Origin: an uncultured virus (IMG/VR IMGVR_UViG_3300028372_000001)
Taxonomy: Duplodnaviria; Heunggongvirae; Uroviricota; Caudoviricetes
IMG/VR virus record: IMGVR_UViG_3300028372_000001
Strand: one strand, 5' to 3'
Length of the DNA stretch: 64,000 bases
Shown here: one piece after another, positions 1 to 10,736 of the stretch
Position numbering within the stretch: the stretch's first letter is position 1
How the letters are laid out: the number at the start of each line of letters is the position of its first letter
Program-made: the position numbers and the translations under genes
Notes under the pieces: generated by a model
The model's input: only the letters and a program-made list of their open reading frames with translations
What the model was told of the DNA's origin: nothing
Databases searched by the model: none

Positions 1-1022
<1,022 letters not shown>

Positions 1023-1087
1023 GCTGACATCTTGACACTCTATAATTTATCCCGTATGATGCCTTCCTCACTTTGGGGTAGGCACAT

Positions 1088-1480
1088 ATGCAACTGTCTA
1101 ACAGTCGTAAGAAGACCAAAAAAGACCGGGCTATCGAGATATACGAGAAGTCCCATAGTCTGCCGGACGAAGAAATCGTCAAGGTTTTTGTTACGGAATT
1201 GAACCTGCCCTCCGAAAATTCAGCACGTACCTATATTTCAATGTCGAAGAAAGCCCTTGCATCTAAGCTAAATCTGGGGTATAAATCTCGCAAGATTGAT
1301 CAGCGCAAGACCAAACGGGGCAGGGCTATGGAAATGTTCAATAAAAATCCACAGCTTACTCGTCAAGAAATCATCGATCTATTTAAAGAAAAGCTGGAAA
1401 TGAGTCCGGCAAGCGCAGCACAGCATTGCAGTATTTGCGCTCAAGAATATCATGGTGTCAAGCATAAGGCGATTGTATAA
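1088..1480 (+). CDS. Hypothetical basic protein with two tandem HTH-like repeats
   Basis: Internal repeat KTKKDRAIEIY / KTKRGRAMEMF; upstream TTGACA-N17-TATGAT. Confidence 0.55.
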   Translation: MQLSNSRKKTKKDRAIEIYEKSHSLPDEEIVKVFVTELNLPSENSARTYISMSKKALASKLNLGYKSRKIDQRKTKRGRAMEMFNKNPQLTRQEIIDLFKEKLEMSPASAAQHCSICAQEYHGVKHKAIV

Positions 1481-1704
1481 TGATGAAACTATTCGATAAC
1501 ATAACTTATTGGTTCTTCCAAACATTTTCATTAGCCGCATCCTGTCTGTTAATTATACATGCTTGGTTTACACCAGACTTCTTGAGTCCCACTATGTTCT
1601 TCTGGGCGAAATTTGTCCTTGGTGCTGGGCTGATTGGCAGAGTTGCATTTATCTGCATTGATAGACTGATAGTTAAAAGTCGGCGTGAACGGCCCTATCC
1701 GTAA
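1480..1704 (+). CDS. Small membrane protein
   Basis: Two hydrophobic segments; overlaps the upstream stop. Confidence 0.5.
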   Translation: MMKLFDNITYWFFQTFSLAASCLLIIHAWFTPDFLSPTMFFWAKFVLGAGLIGRVAFICIDRLIVKSRRERPYP

Positions 1705-1938
1705 GAGACAGAGTAATATTATGAAAAAAATATGGAACTTTTTGTGGAATAGGGTTGACCCGTACATGGGAATTATAGTATCATTGGTTTTCTGGACGGT
1801 ACTTGGTCATTTACTTCCATGGGAATGGCATACATTTCCTGTAGTTGGGTTGCTGATTACTTCCAGTTTTTTTGCATCACGGTTATTTTCCCACATGTAG
1901 AAACAGAAATGGACAATGATACTAAATAGTAGTACACT

Positions 1939-2016
1939 CGGAGTTTAGCTCAGTTTGGCCAGAGCGCTGCGTTTGGGGCGCAGAAGCCGCAGGTTCGAAT
2001 CCTGCAACTCCGACCA
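1939..2016 (+). tRNA. tRNA-Pro(UGG)
   Basis: Cloverleaf, anticodon arm ctgcg-tttgggg-cgcag, GTTCGAATC T-loop, encoded CCA. Confidence 0.95.
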
Positions 2017-2036
2017 AATAGATAAGGAGAAGGTAA

Positions 2037-2162
2037 GTGACTAAGAAGCAGAACAAGCGTTATGCTAAAAAGCGTGCTCTCCGTACTTCTAATGCTAGTC
2101 GAGAGCCGATGAGTGCTTGTCGTCGTAACTGGGGTCAGGGCGCAGGCTCCTGCTCGAAGTAA
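2037..2162 (+). CDS. 41-aa basic peptide between tRNAs (MTKKQNKRYAKKRALR...)
   Basis: GTG start after AGGAG/AAGG; not in the ORF track. Confidence 0.4.
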   Translation: MTKKQNKRYAKKRALRTSNASREPMSACRRNWGQGAGSCSK

Positions 2163-2297
2163 AACAACAGGTCTAAACAAGCGACAATTGTCGAAAAGGT
2201 GAAAGCTGTTGTTTAGGGTGAGTTGTTATCACATTGGAGTATTCAACGCGAATAGGGCGTGTTGATAAATACTATGAAGGTGTGATACCCCTTAATT

Positions 2298-2373
2298 GCG
2301 AATGTAGCTCAGTTGGTAGAGCATCTCGTTGCCAACGAGAAGGTCCGGGGTTCGAGCCCCCGTATTCGCTCCA
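2298..2373 (+). tRNA. tRNA-Gly(GCC)
   Basis: Cloverleaf, loop ttgccaa, CCA end. Confidence 0.95.
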
Positions 2374-2380
2374 ACACTAC

Positions 2381-2457
2381 GCGAGTGTAGCTCAGTCCGG
2401 TAGAGCGATTGCCTTCCAAGCAGACGGTCGCAGGTTCGAATCCTGTCTCTCGCACCA
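2381..2457 (+). tRNA. tRNA-Gly(UCC)
   Basis: Cloverleaf, loop cttccaa, CCA end. Confidence 0.9.
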
Positions 2458-2482
2458 AATACCTACACTAATCACATCTCAT

Positions 2483-2490
2483 TATAAATA
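2483..2490 (+). promoter_or_regulatory. T4-type late promoter TATAAATA (representative; similar boxes at 1922, 2265, 3908, 6647, 9266, 13230 on + and 8492, 10344, 10719, 15286, 18161, 21818, 25859 on -)
   Basis: TAAATA core repeatedly found shortly upstream of gene starts with no -35 box. Confidence 0.7.
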
Positions 2491-2507
2491 CTTTAAAGAG
2501 GTATTTT

Positions 2508-2732
2508 GTGATGCTACTTGAAGACTTAAAAAGTGTAAAAACATACTCACCTGAAGAAATTGCTAAGAAACATAGCGTGTCTCTTGATCGTATTATGTCA
2601 CAATTAAAAAAAGGCATGACTGTTGAGAAAGAGCACACTACCAATAAATCTCAAGCCCGCGAAATTGCCTTAGACCATTTATGGGAAGTCCCTGACTACT
2701 ATGATAAATTGAAAAAGGTTGAAGAAAAATGA
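2508..2732 (+). CDS. DUF5661-like phage protein
   Basis: Motif G..VEKEHT....AREIALDHL.E.PDYY.KL. Confidence 0.65.
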   Translation: MMLLEDLKSVKTYSPEEIAKKHSVSLDRIMSQLKKGMTVEKEHTTNKSQAREIALDHLWEVPDYYDKLKKVEEK

Positions 2733-3154
2733 GATTATACGAAGCAAAAAAATTAGAACTATCAGTAGTTAATGCAAAGAGAGTGGAAGAGGCTATTTGC
2801 TCTTGCCTATGCATGGTCACACAGGCCCACATATGGCATTGGCAAACCAAAAGCTATGCCACACATAAAGCACTGGGAGAATTCTATGAAGGTCTACAAG
2901 GCTCTGTGGATGAGTTGGCAGAAATATTCTTTGGCGCTGGCGGAAGCTTCACTTTCCGTCAACACAAAACAACAGACAACTTCATCTCCGTTGATGACGT
3001 TGCCGCCAAAGTGAAAAACTTTCGAAACGAGTTGGTTCAAGCTCAAGCTGAACTGATGAAAGACGAAAACGCACCATTACATTCTGCGGGCGACAAGATT
3101 CTAGAGATTGTTCAATCTGCTGATAAGCTATCGTATTTACTGACTTTAAAATAG
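2729..3154 (+). CDS. Dps/ferritin-like protein
   Basis: HIWHWQT.SYA.HKALGEFY...D.LAE motif; YLLTLK end. Confidence 0.75.
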   Translation: MRLYEAKKLELSVVNAKRVEEAICSCLCMVTQAHIWHWQTKSYATHKALGEFYEGLQGSVDELAEIFFGAGGSFTFRQHKTTDNFISVDDVAAKVKNFRNELVQAQAELMKDENAPLHSAGDKILEIVQSADKLSYLLTLK

Positions 3155-3212
3155 TATGCTAAAGATTATGGGTAGATACACATGGCTTTTGCTGGAAGGA
3201 CCGGGGCTGAGC

Positions 3213-3884
3213 ATGCAAATAATCAAATCCCTTACCGAATTAGATGAAATTCGTAAAATTCCCCATGGGGATATGGTTCCTACAGTCTTTATTCCGGGAT
3301 TTGGGGCGAGTAATGCTTCTACATACATCATGCGTAGGCTCTTGAACGAGAAGCACCATAACACCATAAAATGGGTTGAGCATAAAAACAATGGGTTTAA
3401 TCCCATTGCAATACAAAACACCCTTTCTCAAATTAAGCATCTTGCAGATAGTCACGGCACCCCTGTTAATATTGTGGGTCAAAGTTTAGGCGGCTGCTAT
3501 GCTAGGACTATAGGGAACGAAATACCCGACTATGTAAATGTGATTGTTACATTGGGCTCACCCATTAAAGGCATTGACAAAATCGACCCGCGCAGCGTTG
3601 ATAAGTACAATACCCTCGTGGGTCTAGCCGACGCCGCTTTCCTGCATCACAGTGAATATTTCCATTCCTTTAGTGTAAATCCGAGTGTTCCGACTACTTC
3701 ACTATACAGTAAATCGGATGGTGTTGTACATTGGTCACTCTCTGCAATTGATGAAAGTCCATTATCTGAGAATATTGAAATAAACGGAAACCACTTTGGT
3801 ATGGGGTTCGATATCTCGAATATTTCGGTAATTGGGGATAGAATCAAACAAAGTAAAGAAAATTGGAATAAATTTTACGGCTAA
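3213..3884 (+). CDS. Alpha/beta hydrolase (lipase/esterase-like)
   Basis: IPGF oxyanion motif, GQSLGG nucleophile elbow, DGVV, H.GMG. Confidence 0.8.
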   Translation: MQIIKSLTELDEIRKIPHGDMVPTVFIPGFGASNASTYIMRRLLNEKHHNTIKWVEHKNNGFNPIAIQNTLSQIKHLADSHGTPVNIVGQSLGGCYARTIGNEIPDYVNVIVTLGSPIKGIDKIDPRSVDKYNTLVGLADAAFLHHSEYFHSFSVNPSVPTTSLYSKSDGVVHWSLSAIDESPLSENIEINGNHFGMGFDISNISVIGDRIKQSKENWNKFYG

Positions 3885-3947
3885 GCAGCATCAGCATTTT
3901 TCCCACCTATAAATAATATCGATTAAAAAATATTTTGTAGGAGAAAT

Positions 3948-4877
3948 ATGATGAGCAATATTGACAGTAAAATTAATTCGAGACTAGAATCTGAGCGGCG
4001 TAAGAAACTATTCGAGGAAGCTGGTCTTGACGGCAGAATGATTGCAAACGCTGGCATTCAAATGACAGACCAGCGATTGATTCAAATAATTGAATCTAAA
4101 AAAATAATCGCTAAAGAAGTCGCCCAGAAAAATAGCAGAATCTATAAAACTAAAAAGAGAGTTACTGATTTCTTTTCAGTTAAAACAATTGATCAGGCAG
4201 CAGGTAATGCTGTAAATTGGTTTAAGAACATTAAGATCGTCAAAATAATCAATGACTATGACCGTTTTATTGGCACTGTGGATTATCTGAAAGAAGCAGT
4301 TGAGGACCATGACAAGAGAATCACGTCCGCAAACCACAAGGCAGCGAGAGCGGCTCGGGATGTGAATTATATTCACCAACCTACTGATGCCATGATTCAC
4401 AGCTATGTAGAACGGTTAAGACTTGTGAAAGAAACCCCAGATGGCCCACTAGTTATTCGGGGTTTGACCCAAAATCAACTCAAAGAAGAAAAAGAGGCAG
4501 AACATTTAAGGGCTGAAGCTGCAAGGGTAAAAAAAGAAGCTGCCGAAGCTGCCGAAGCTGCAAGGGTAAAAAAAGAAGCTGCCGAAGCTGCCGAAGCTGC
4601 AAGGGTAAAAAAAGAAGCTGCTGAAGCTGCTAAAGACCCCGAAAACGTCAAAAAAAAGGAGAAGAAGGTGGGAGATTTTGATGGTGTGAAAGAGGTCAAT
4701 ACTCCAATGACCCCTCTAGAAAAGCCTAATGGCGACAAGCGCTTGAAAGCTGAACAGCTGTTTGAACCTAGCGTTGACCCAGAGACTAAGGTTATCAGTT
4801 CCGGTATAAATACCAAAACCCCAAATCTCGACACTTCAAAAGATGGGTATGATATTACGGATAGTCCATTTTCCTGA
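3948..4877 (+). CDS. Hypothetical coiled-coil protein with 39-bp repeats (EAARVKKEAAEAA x3)
   Basis: Long ORF with RBS and late promoter; repeats at about 4512-4632. Confidence 0.6.
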   Translation: MMSNIDSKINSRLESERRKKLFEEAGLDGRMIANAGIQMTDQRLIQIIESKKIIAKEVAQKNSRIYKTKKRVTDFFSVKTIDQAAGNAVNWFKNIKIVKIINDYDRFIGTVDYLKEAVEDHDKRITSANHKAARAARDVNYIHQPTDAMIHSYVERLRLVKETPDGPLVIRGLTQNQLKEEKEAEHLRAEAARVKKEAAEAAEAARVKKEAAEAAEAARVKKEAAEAAKDPENVKKKEKKVGDFDGVKEVNTPMTPLEKPNGDKRLKAEQLFEPSVDPETKVISSGINTKTPNLDTSKDGYDITDSPFS

Positions 4878-4933
4878 TTGACACTATCATGAAAGGTTGA
4901 TATACTAAGAGGCTCAACAACTGAGGGCCGTTA

Positions 4934-5485
4934 ATGATCAACGTAACCAATATCACAGACTTTGACAGAACAGAAAGCGAACTCCAAGAGTACTTTCTGT
5001 TCTGTACTTGTGTAGCCGGAAAGACAGCATATATTCAATCCCAAAAACTTGAATCTTTCCTACAGCCCGCATGGTTTCGCACTCTAACCCCATTTGAATA
5101 TATTCGCGAACTTGTTGCAAACGATAAGCTTAGGCTTATGATCATGCAGGCTAAGTTGGGGCAATATACCAGACTGTCAGAAATTTTTAAGCAGTCAGTC
5201 ACATTGGACCTCGAAACCGCAACAGTTGAAGACCTAGAAAAAATTCCGGGCATTGGTCCGAAGACTTCTAGATTTTTCATGATACACAGTCGGCCTAATC
5301 AACGGTATGCTGTACTTGACACGCATATACTATCATGGTTGCAAGACAACGTTGAAGATGTTACTGTCCCCCGGACCACACCACAATCTATTGTACGCTA
5401 CAGAAAGCTAGAAAACCTTTTCCTCATCGAATGTGACAAACGAGGCATCAGCCCGGAAACATTTGATCTTGAAATATGCATGTAA
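4934..5485 (+). CDS. HhH DNA glycosylase-like protein (OGG/AGOG-like)
   Basis: LEKIPGIGPKTSRFF HhH followed by AVLDTHIL. Confidence 0.7.
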   Translation: MINVTNITDFDRTESELQEYFLFCTCVAGKTAYIQSQKLESFLQPAWFRTLTPFEYIRELVANDKLRLMIMQAKLGQYTRLSEIFKQSVTLDLETATVEDLEKIPGIGPKTSRFFMIHSRPNQRYAVLDTHILSWLQDNVEDVTVPRTTPQSIVRYRKLENLFLIECDKRGISPETFDLEICM

Positions 5486-5786
5486 TAGAATGGGAGTTAG
5501 CATTAACAAACCCAAGTCAAATCGACCAAATGGCGAAAGTGTCAAATTGTGAAAATATTACACTCCGAGTTGTCGCAAATGATAGTGAATCTGAAGTGTC
5601 AATATATCTTGATTCATTTAAAAATAATATATATGCGGAATTCAGTGATTTCAATATTTGCGATCAGCACAAAAACTTTATAAACGTGAAAATATGGTTT
5701 GAGGCCAACATAGAATTAGAATTAGAAATGTATTGACAGTGGATTCAAATCCCATATAATTGACCATTCTTTGATAGGAGAAAGAA

Positions 5787-6152
5787 ATGTCCAACTTGTA
5801 CCAGAACCTCAGTACAGTCCGAACTTCGATCATGAATGTAATTGCACATTCATATTTTGATGGTAAACAGCGAAACGGTGCAAAGATTTTACAAAAAGCA
5901 GCCGAAGAACTTTCGGATGGGTCGTTTGTTGCTGAATTGCTTGAACTTGAACTAGAAGAACTTCTAGACCTTGGGTTTGGGTATTTCGAAGACGCACTGG
6001 ACGGCTCTCTAATGTTGTTCCCTGTATGGCTTCTTCCGTTCATTCCGAATGGTACCGTTCTTGAAGCTGCGGATGGTGCAAGTGTAGAAGTTGGTATGGA
6101 CACTATTTCACCATATGCCGATCACTGGCTAATCGTTGGCATTAGATATTGA
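5787..6152 (+). CDS. Hypothetical protein
   Basis: TTGACA-N17-TATAAT promoter and AGGAG RBS. Confidence 0.55.
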   Translation: MSNLYQNLSTVRTSIMNVIAHSYFDGKQRNGAKILQKAAEELSDGSFVAELLELELEELLDLGFGYFEDALDGSLMLFPVWLLPFIPNGTVLEAADGASVEVGMDTISPYADHWLIVGIRY

Positions 6153-6206
6153 CAGCCAGAACCCACTGTAGTACAATTAACTAACACAATCAAGGAGATT
6201 AAAAAT

Positions 6207-6572
6207 ATGAATTTCAGAAATACTTCAACGCAGTCCTCGCTCACGGCAAGTGACGTTCTCGATATTCGTCGCCTTCATGATAATGAAGGATTCAACGATG
6301 CTCATCTTGGGAGAATTTTCAATGTTAGCCGCAAGGCCATCTATAACATTGTCAATCGCAAGACATGGACTCAGGTGCCGAACCCGGTTTCCGTTCGCGG
6401 CTACGGTAACTACTCAGTCTACCCAGACGGTCGAGTGCTTTCAAAAGCAACCGGCGAATTCTTGAGCACAATTCACCGAACTTCTGGACCCGCTGTTCGC
6501 CTCCGTAAGGCAAATGGTTCCCGTACTACCGTAGCGATTGAAAGTCTGCTTCGTACAGGCTTCAAAGCTTGA
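6207..6572 (+). CDS. HTH DNA-binding protein, resembling homing-endonuclease accessory domains
   Basis: LTASDVLDIR...LGRIFNVSRKAIYNIV.RKTW; sigma70 promoter and RBS. Confidence 0.6.
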   Translation: MNFRNTSTQSSLTASDVLDIRRLHDNEGFNDAHLGRIFNVSRKAIYNIVNRKTWTQVPNPVSVRGYGNYSVYPDGRVLSKATGEFLSTIHRTSGPAVRLRKANGSRTTVAIESLLRTGFKA

Positions 6573-6600
6573 TAAGCGTTTATAGTTTATATGTATGACG

Positions 6601-6626
6601 AGAGGGGCCGAAAGGCCCCTCTTTGT
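6601..6626 (+). terminator. Intrinsic terminator
   Basis: agaggggcc-gaaa-ggcccctct followed by T. Confidence 0.75.
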
Positions 6627-6684
6627 CTAAGCGAAAATATAGTTAGTTAAATAAACAACTGCCGTAAACCAGCCGCGATAAAAT

Positions 6685-7143
6685 ATGAGTGACAAACATA
6701 TAACTAAATTTGAAGAAGTAAAGAAAGGTAGCTTTGTTCGTTTCGTAGATCGAGACAGCGGGGGGCGTTTCGCGTATGTTGGTGAGGTTGTGGTTGTTAC
6801 TGCTTCCAAGAAGAATGAACCTGCATATTTTGAAATGCAGACCTTTGATGGCACTATGGGCTTTGTGTACGACGACAAAAATGGTTTTGATGTAGAATTA
6901 TATGAAAGTGCAAGTAAACCAAAGGGTTGGGCAAAGTTTATAAAAAACCCTGAAAAATTCTTAGAGGCAGAAGCCCCAACCCCAGTCAAGCCCACAAAGA
7001 CTAAAAAACAACAGGTCATGGAATTAGTAGCAGCTAACCCACGCAAACGTGAAGGTGGTCTCTTAACTCTTGCAAAGAAAGAAATAGGCGGAACAGATGG
7101 CCAATTGAAAACCTATATCAGATTAGCGCTTACAAAGAGTTAA
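6685..7143 (+). CDS. Hypothetical protein with a C-terminal HTH-like module related to 1088-1480
   Basis: KTKKQQVMELV...LKTYI. Confidence 0.55.
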   Translation: MSDKHITKFEEVKKGSFVRFVDRDSGGRFAYVGEVVVVTASKKNEPAYFEMQTFDGTMGFVYDDKNGFDVELYESASKPKGWAKFIKNPEKFLEAEAPTPVKPTKTKKQQVMELVAANPRKREGGLLTLAKKEIGGTDGQLKTYIRLALTKS

Positions 7144-7862
7144 CCCATTATTAGCTCAGGTATATGATCCATTTTGTGTTCAAACCCGATACACGCTTCA
7201 CCACCTTGACGCAACAATTTAGCAAAATCATCGAATGTAATATACGCGAATCCACCTTTCCCCCATGCGCGCCCCCAACTGTTTTTGATTCGAAACAGTT
7301 CCCTTTCCTCATCAACTCCATTTAGGAGATAAGCATGACCACCTTGTGGTTGACCGGAAGCACTAATAATACCGTTAAAGGGTGGGCTATTCATATCAGA
7401 ATACCAACGCGTACCCACGACAACCGGGCCAATATACTTAAGACTTTTGATCACATCATCAAGGCTAGTAGCCCATCGATATACTTCCAATACACCAACG
7501 CTCTTAAGTATCGTTGCACCCGCCCGCACTGACGTACCTTCGTAGTTTTCACCGGGCCACTGATCATGTAGTTGGCACAGATCATAAAACTCTCTGGGGT
7601 TATAGAAGGGTTTACTTCTACTCTCAGTAAGGGCATCCTGAATAATTGGACCATCTTCCAAACAATGCATCCATGCATACGCAACACAGTGGGAGAAACT
7701 ACCTTGATTGCCCCACCAACCATCCGCCCACCAAAATTTCTTGCTAATGTTTGGCAGTTGATTTGGATTTGCTTGCTCCAGAACTGCCGATATTGGAAAT
7801 TCTTTATCTCTCTCGTCGATGACCTCAATCCGGCCCAACGCTCGTTGGATGTTATTGCTCAT
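7140..7862 (-). CDS. Papain-like (C1) cysteine peptidase
   Basis: NQG..SHCVAYA, GGHAY, IKNSWG..WG..G. Confidence 0.85.
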   Translation of the reverse strand: MSNNIQRALGRIEVIDERDKEFPISAVLEQANPNQLPNISKKFWWADGWWGNQGSFSHCVAYAWMHCLEDGPIIQDALTESRSKPFYNPREFYDLCQLHDQWPGENYEGTSVRAGATILKSVGVLEVYRWATSLDDVIKSLKYIGPVVVGTRWYSDMNSPPFNGIISASGQPQGGHAYLLNGVDEERELFRIKNSWGRAWGKGGFAYITFDDFAKLLRQGGEACIGFEHKMDHIPELIMG

Positions 7863-8475
7863 TGTTTGGAGTCCTCTGGTTGCAGCGTTCACATGCTTTT
7901 TTGTGATTGATCTTAAGTATATTTACCAATGTATCGTAATCATCTGGTAAATTTAAAGTCTGCATCTTGACTACATTTTGTGGCATTTCGTCACCAAACA
8001 TGTACCGTAGGTATCGTTTAGAAACGGATGGTTCGTATGCAACAAAGACATTCTTTTCGGCTTCATCTTCACAACAACCGGTGACAGCGGCACTCAGACG
8101 AGTCATAATTACATCACGTAACAACCCATTAGTTCCGGTATTTGGATTGTGCGCTTGCATTCTGGCTATCAATGGGTATAGCCGTCTGTATGTTATTCTT
8201 TTAGTCTCGACATCCATCCACGGTGGAATATCCATACAACGCATGATTATGGTTGCGAGCTTGAGTTTGCTCGTATCGTGAATATGCTCTACTGTGGCCG
8301 GATCAATTGTTGTGAGTTTGTTTACACTGGTTGTAACGATGTTCACAGCATTGCGTCGTCGCTGTGTTTTCTTCCATTCGTTGTAGACTTCGTTTATTGC
8401 TGCAATAGCGTAGCCTATAGCTTCAGAAGCTTTCTTCTGGCTCTCCATTACTGTAAACTCTTTCAATAACTGCAT
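7852..8475 (-). CDS. Hypothetical late protein
   Basis: 207-aa ORF with RBS and late promoter. Confidence 0.55.
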   Translation of the reverse strand: MQLLKEFTVMESQKKASEAIGYAIAAINEVYNEWKKTQRRRNAVNIVTTSVNKLTTIDPATVEHIHDTSKLKLATIIMRCMDIPPWMDVETKRITYRRLYPLIARMQAHNPNTGTNGLLRDVIMTRLSAAVTGCCEDEAEKNVFVAYEPSVSKRYLRYMFGDEMPQNVVKMQTLNLPDDYDTLVNILKINHKKACERCNQRTPNNEQ

Positions 8476-8494
8476 AGTAGTGTCCTCTACTTAT

Positions 8495-8806
8495 TTATCG
8501 TCGTCTACTATTAGCCATTTTTGTTTTAGCATAAAAGTTTGGAGATTTTCTTTTTATCCACTGTACGAACTTACCAATCTCGGGATTAGCAACAATTCGT
8601 TCAGGGGTGTGGTAATATGCTGCTAATTCCGTCTCGGTCCATATGCTATGGATTTTTTCATGACATACGCGGTGTATCAATATCTTATCCCCATACTTGC
8701 CATTTTTGGCTTTAGGTATAAGATGATGTTCGTCAATATAACCGTTTTTAATTAGTGGGCGATTACAGATGCAGCAATCACCTACGTAATTAGCTTGCTT
8801 TTCCAT
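8495..8806 (-). CDS. HNH endonuclease-like protein
   Basis: C..C, EHHLIPK, HRVCHEKIH. Confidence 0.75.
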   Translation of the reverse strand: MEKQANYVGDCCICNRPLIKNGYIDEHHLIPKAKNGKYGDKILIHRVCHEKIHSIWTETELAAYYHTPERIVANPEIGKFVQWIKRKSPNFYAKTKMANSRRR

Positions 8807-9254
8807 TGTCTCGTCTATTTACATAAATTCGTAGGGCTTCTAGCAGATTTTCATCATATGCCTTAAAGTCTTCTTCAGATACCTTTTGATATGTCCCAAT
8901 AAACCTTTTGAAATCTTCCATGTATATATTATTGTCCATTATAACTTGCATAATCTCATCCTTAACACTCTCCTCAATTTTTCGCTTGAATGTTAACCGT
9001 TTAAATTCTACACTATTATCAGAATAGTTTATGATAGTATAAAGTGGTATGAGTTCCTTGGGGTCAAGCTCATCAAAATCACTAGAAGTAGCAACGTATT
9101 CAATCATCTGAGTCTCTTTATGGTACGTTGTCGAGATTGGAATCATCCTAGCCATAGCACTTAAAACAAGTTGTTCAGCACCATTAATCGTAGTTATATC
9201 GATCTGTATTTTTCCAAAGCGCGTAGTGCCCAAAATTTCAGAAAGTTCGCTCAT
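8790..9254 (-). CDS. Hypothetical protein
   Basis: ORF with GGAG RBS. Confidence 0.5.
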   Translation of the reverse strand: MSELSEILGTTRFGKIQIDITTINGAEQLVLSAMARMIPISTTYHKETQMIEYVATSSDFDELDPKELIPLYTIINYSDNSVEFKRLTFKRKIEESVKDEIMQVIMDNNIYMEDFKRFIGTYQKVSEEDFKAYDENLLEALRIYVNRRDNGKAS

Positions 9255-9306
9255 TTTAATCTCCGATAAATATTATAGGTATTTACTTTGTTACAGGGGC
9301 AGTGCA

Positions 9307-9702
9307 ATGGACAAACCAAAAAACATTCAATCATTTAAAAAACCAGAACGTGCAGAAACAATGGACGATCCGTTCCCCCGCCGTCCAGACCGTGATAGGC
9401 TTGATGATAAGGTTGAGCTTAAAGAAATACAACATATTTTACAAAGAGTCATGCAATGTCTTATGGCTAAAGCATTACATAGTGGTAGAAAAGCAGATAA
9501 GTATAATCAAACGTATTTGGGCGGTGTTTCGTTTTATGTCGATCACAACGATGTTACACAACAAACTAGACTAATGTTTGACAAGCATCCATCGACATGG
9601 CGGGAGAATGAAATCATCAAGGACGCTACCAATCTGGAGGCTGACATTATGATGGAAAAACAGGCCCAAGATGATATGTATGACAATCCGTTTACGTATT
9701 AG
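9307..9702 (+). CDS. Hypothetical protein
   Basis: ORF after an ATAAATA box. Confidence 0.45.
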   Translation: MDKPKNIQSFKKPERAETMDDPFPRRPDRDRLDDKVELKEIQHILQRVMQCLMAKALHSGRKADKYNQTYLGGVSFYVDHNDVTQQTRLMFDKHPSTWRENEIIKDATNLEADIMMEKQAQDDMYDNPFTY

Positions 9703-10322
9703 CGTTCTCGACTGCGGTCAGCTAGACGTTTTTCTACTTGTGGGATAATCTTCTTTATCTTCCTTAACATTGCATATCTGTGCTTGTGGAATTCTTCCGT
9801 GCTCTTCTTATTGTCTTCGCGGCCCATCGTGACTTCTTTCGCTGTAGCCCGATCCAGTTCCGCACGAACGTAAGGTGGGAAGTTGCCCATCAAGTCTTTT
9901 GGTCTAAGTTTTTCAACAGTTTCGGGATTATACCTATCTGCATATTTACGAGTAGGGTCATCTACATGTTTAGTTATAACAAATTTTAGATAAGACAAAG
10001 CTTTGTCGGTTAAGCCATAATCATTGTTAAGCAGACCCATGCGGACCATTTTATCTTCTAGCTGAGAATCGATGTTACTATCTAGTTCATCTGGAGAGTC
10101 CAACGCGCCGCCTTGTGGAACTTGCCTTTTTCGTGTAGATTTATACTTTATTATGTTGACAATTGAGTTGAACTCACGATAACTTCGTATCGAGTCTTCA
10201 ATTTTGGAAAAATTCTCTGAACGGTTTTCTTGGCGATCACCCTCACTGTCGGAATCAGCTTGTTTTAGCTGTGCCATAAAATCATCGAGTTCACCTTCAT
10301 TAAGAATATCAGTAACTTTCAT
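9699..10322 (-). CDS. Hypothetical late protein (N-terminus MKVTDILNE)
   Basis: ORF with RBS and late promoter. Confidence 0.55.
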   Translation of the reverse strand: MKVTDILNEGELDDFMAQLKQADSDSEGDRQENRSENFSKIEDSIRSYREFNSIVNIIKYKSTRKRQVPQGGALDSPDELDSNIDSQLEDKMVRMGLLNNDYGLTDKALSYLKFVITKHVDDPTRKYADRYNPETVEKLRPKDLMGNFPPYVRAELDRATAKEVTMGREDNKKSTEEFHKHRYAMLRKIKKIIPQVEKRLADRSRER

Positions 10323-10366
10323 GCATATCTCCACTGTTGACAGTATTTATTGACGGCGGGTGTCTT

Positions 10367-10696
10367 TTACATTTTTCCGGGCATGAATCTAGTTATTTCA
10401 ATACCAGACGCAGCTTTAGTGTATTCGTCGCGAAGTTCGTCGCGAGGCTCATACTCAAATACTACCCCAACTCGGTTTAGAGTAATTCGCTCAATGGCAT
10501 TGTTTTTTCGAGAATTAACAGCACCTAGTAGGGGATGGACAATCATTCCAAAATTAAGACTGATATTCCCGTTATCACTTTGATATACCGCTGCTGCAAA
10601 AACATCTTCCAGCACATAACTGGTATCTGTTTCTTCAACTACTTTACCAATATAATCGACGCCCTGTAGCGTCTTGAACACACGTACTTCAGACAT
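10367..10696 (-). CDS. Small beta-barrel (Sm-like) phage protein
   Basis: VRVFKTLQG.DYIGKVVEE pattern; RBS. Confidence 0.45.
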   Translation of the reverse strand: MSEVRVFKTLQGVDYIGKVVEETDTSYVLEDVFAAAVYQSDNGNISLNFGMIVHPLLGAVNSRKNNAIERITLNRVGVVFEYEPRDELRDEYTKAASGIEITRFMPGKM

Positions 10697-10736
10697 AAAT
10701 AACTCCTTTTTGTAAATCTATTTATGTCTAATTTTT

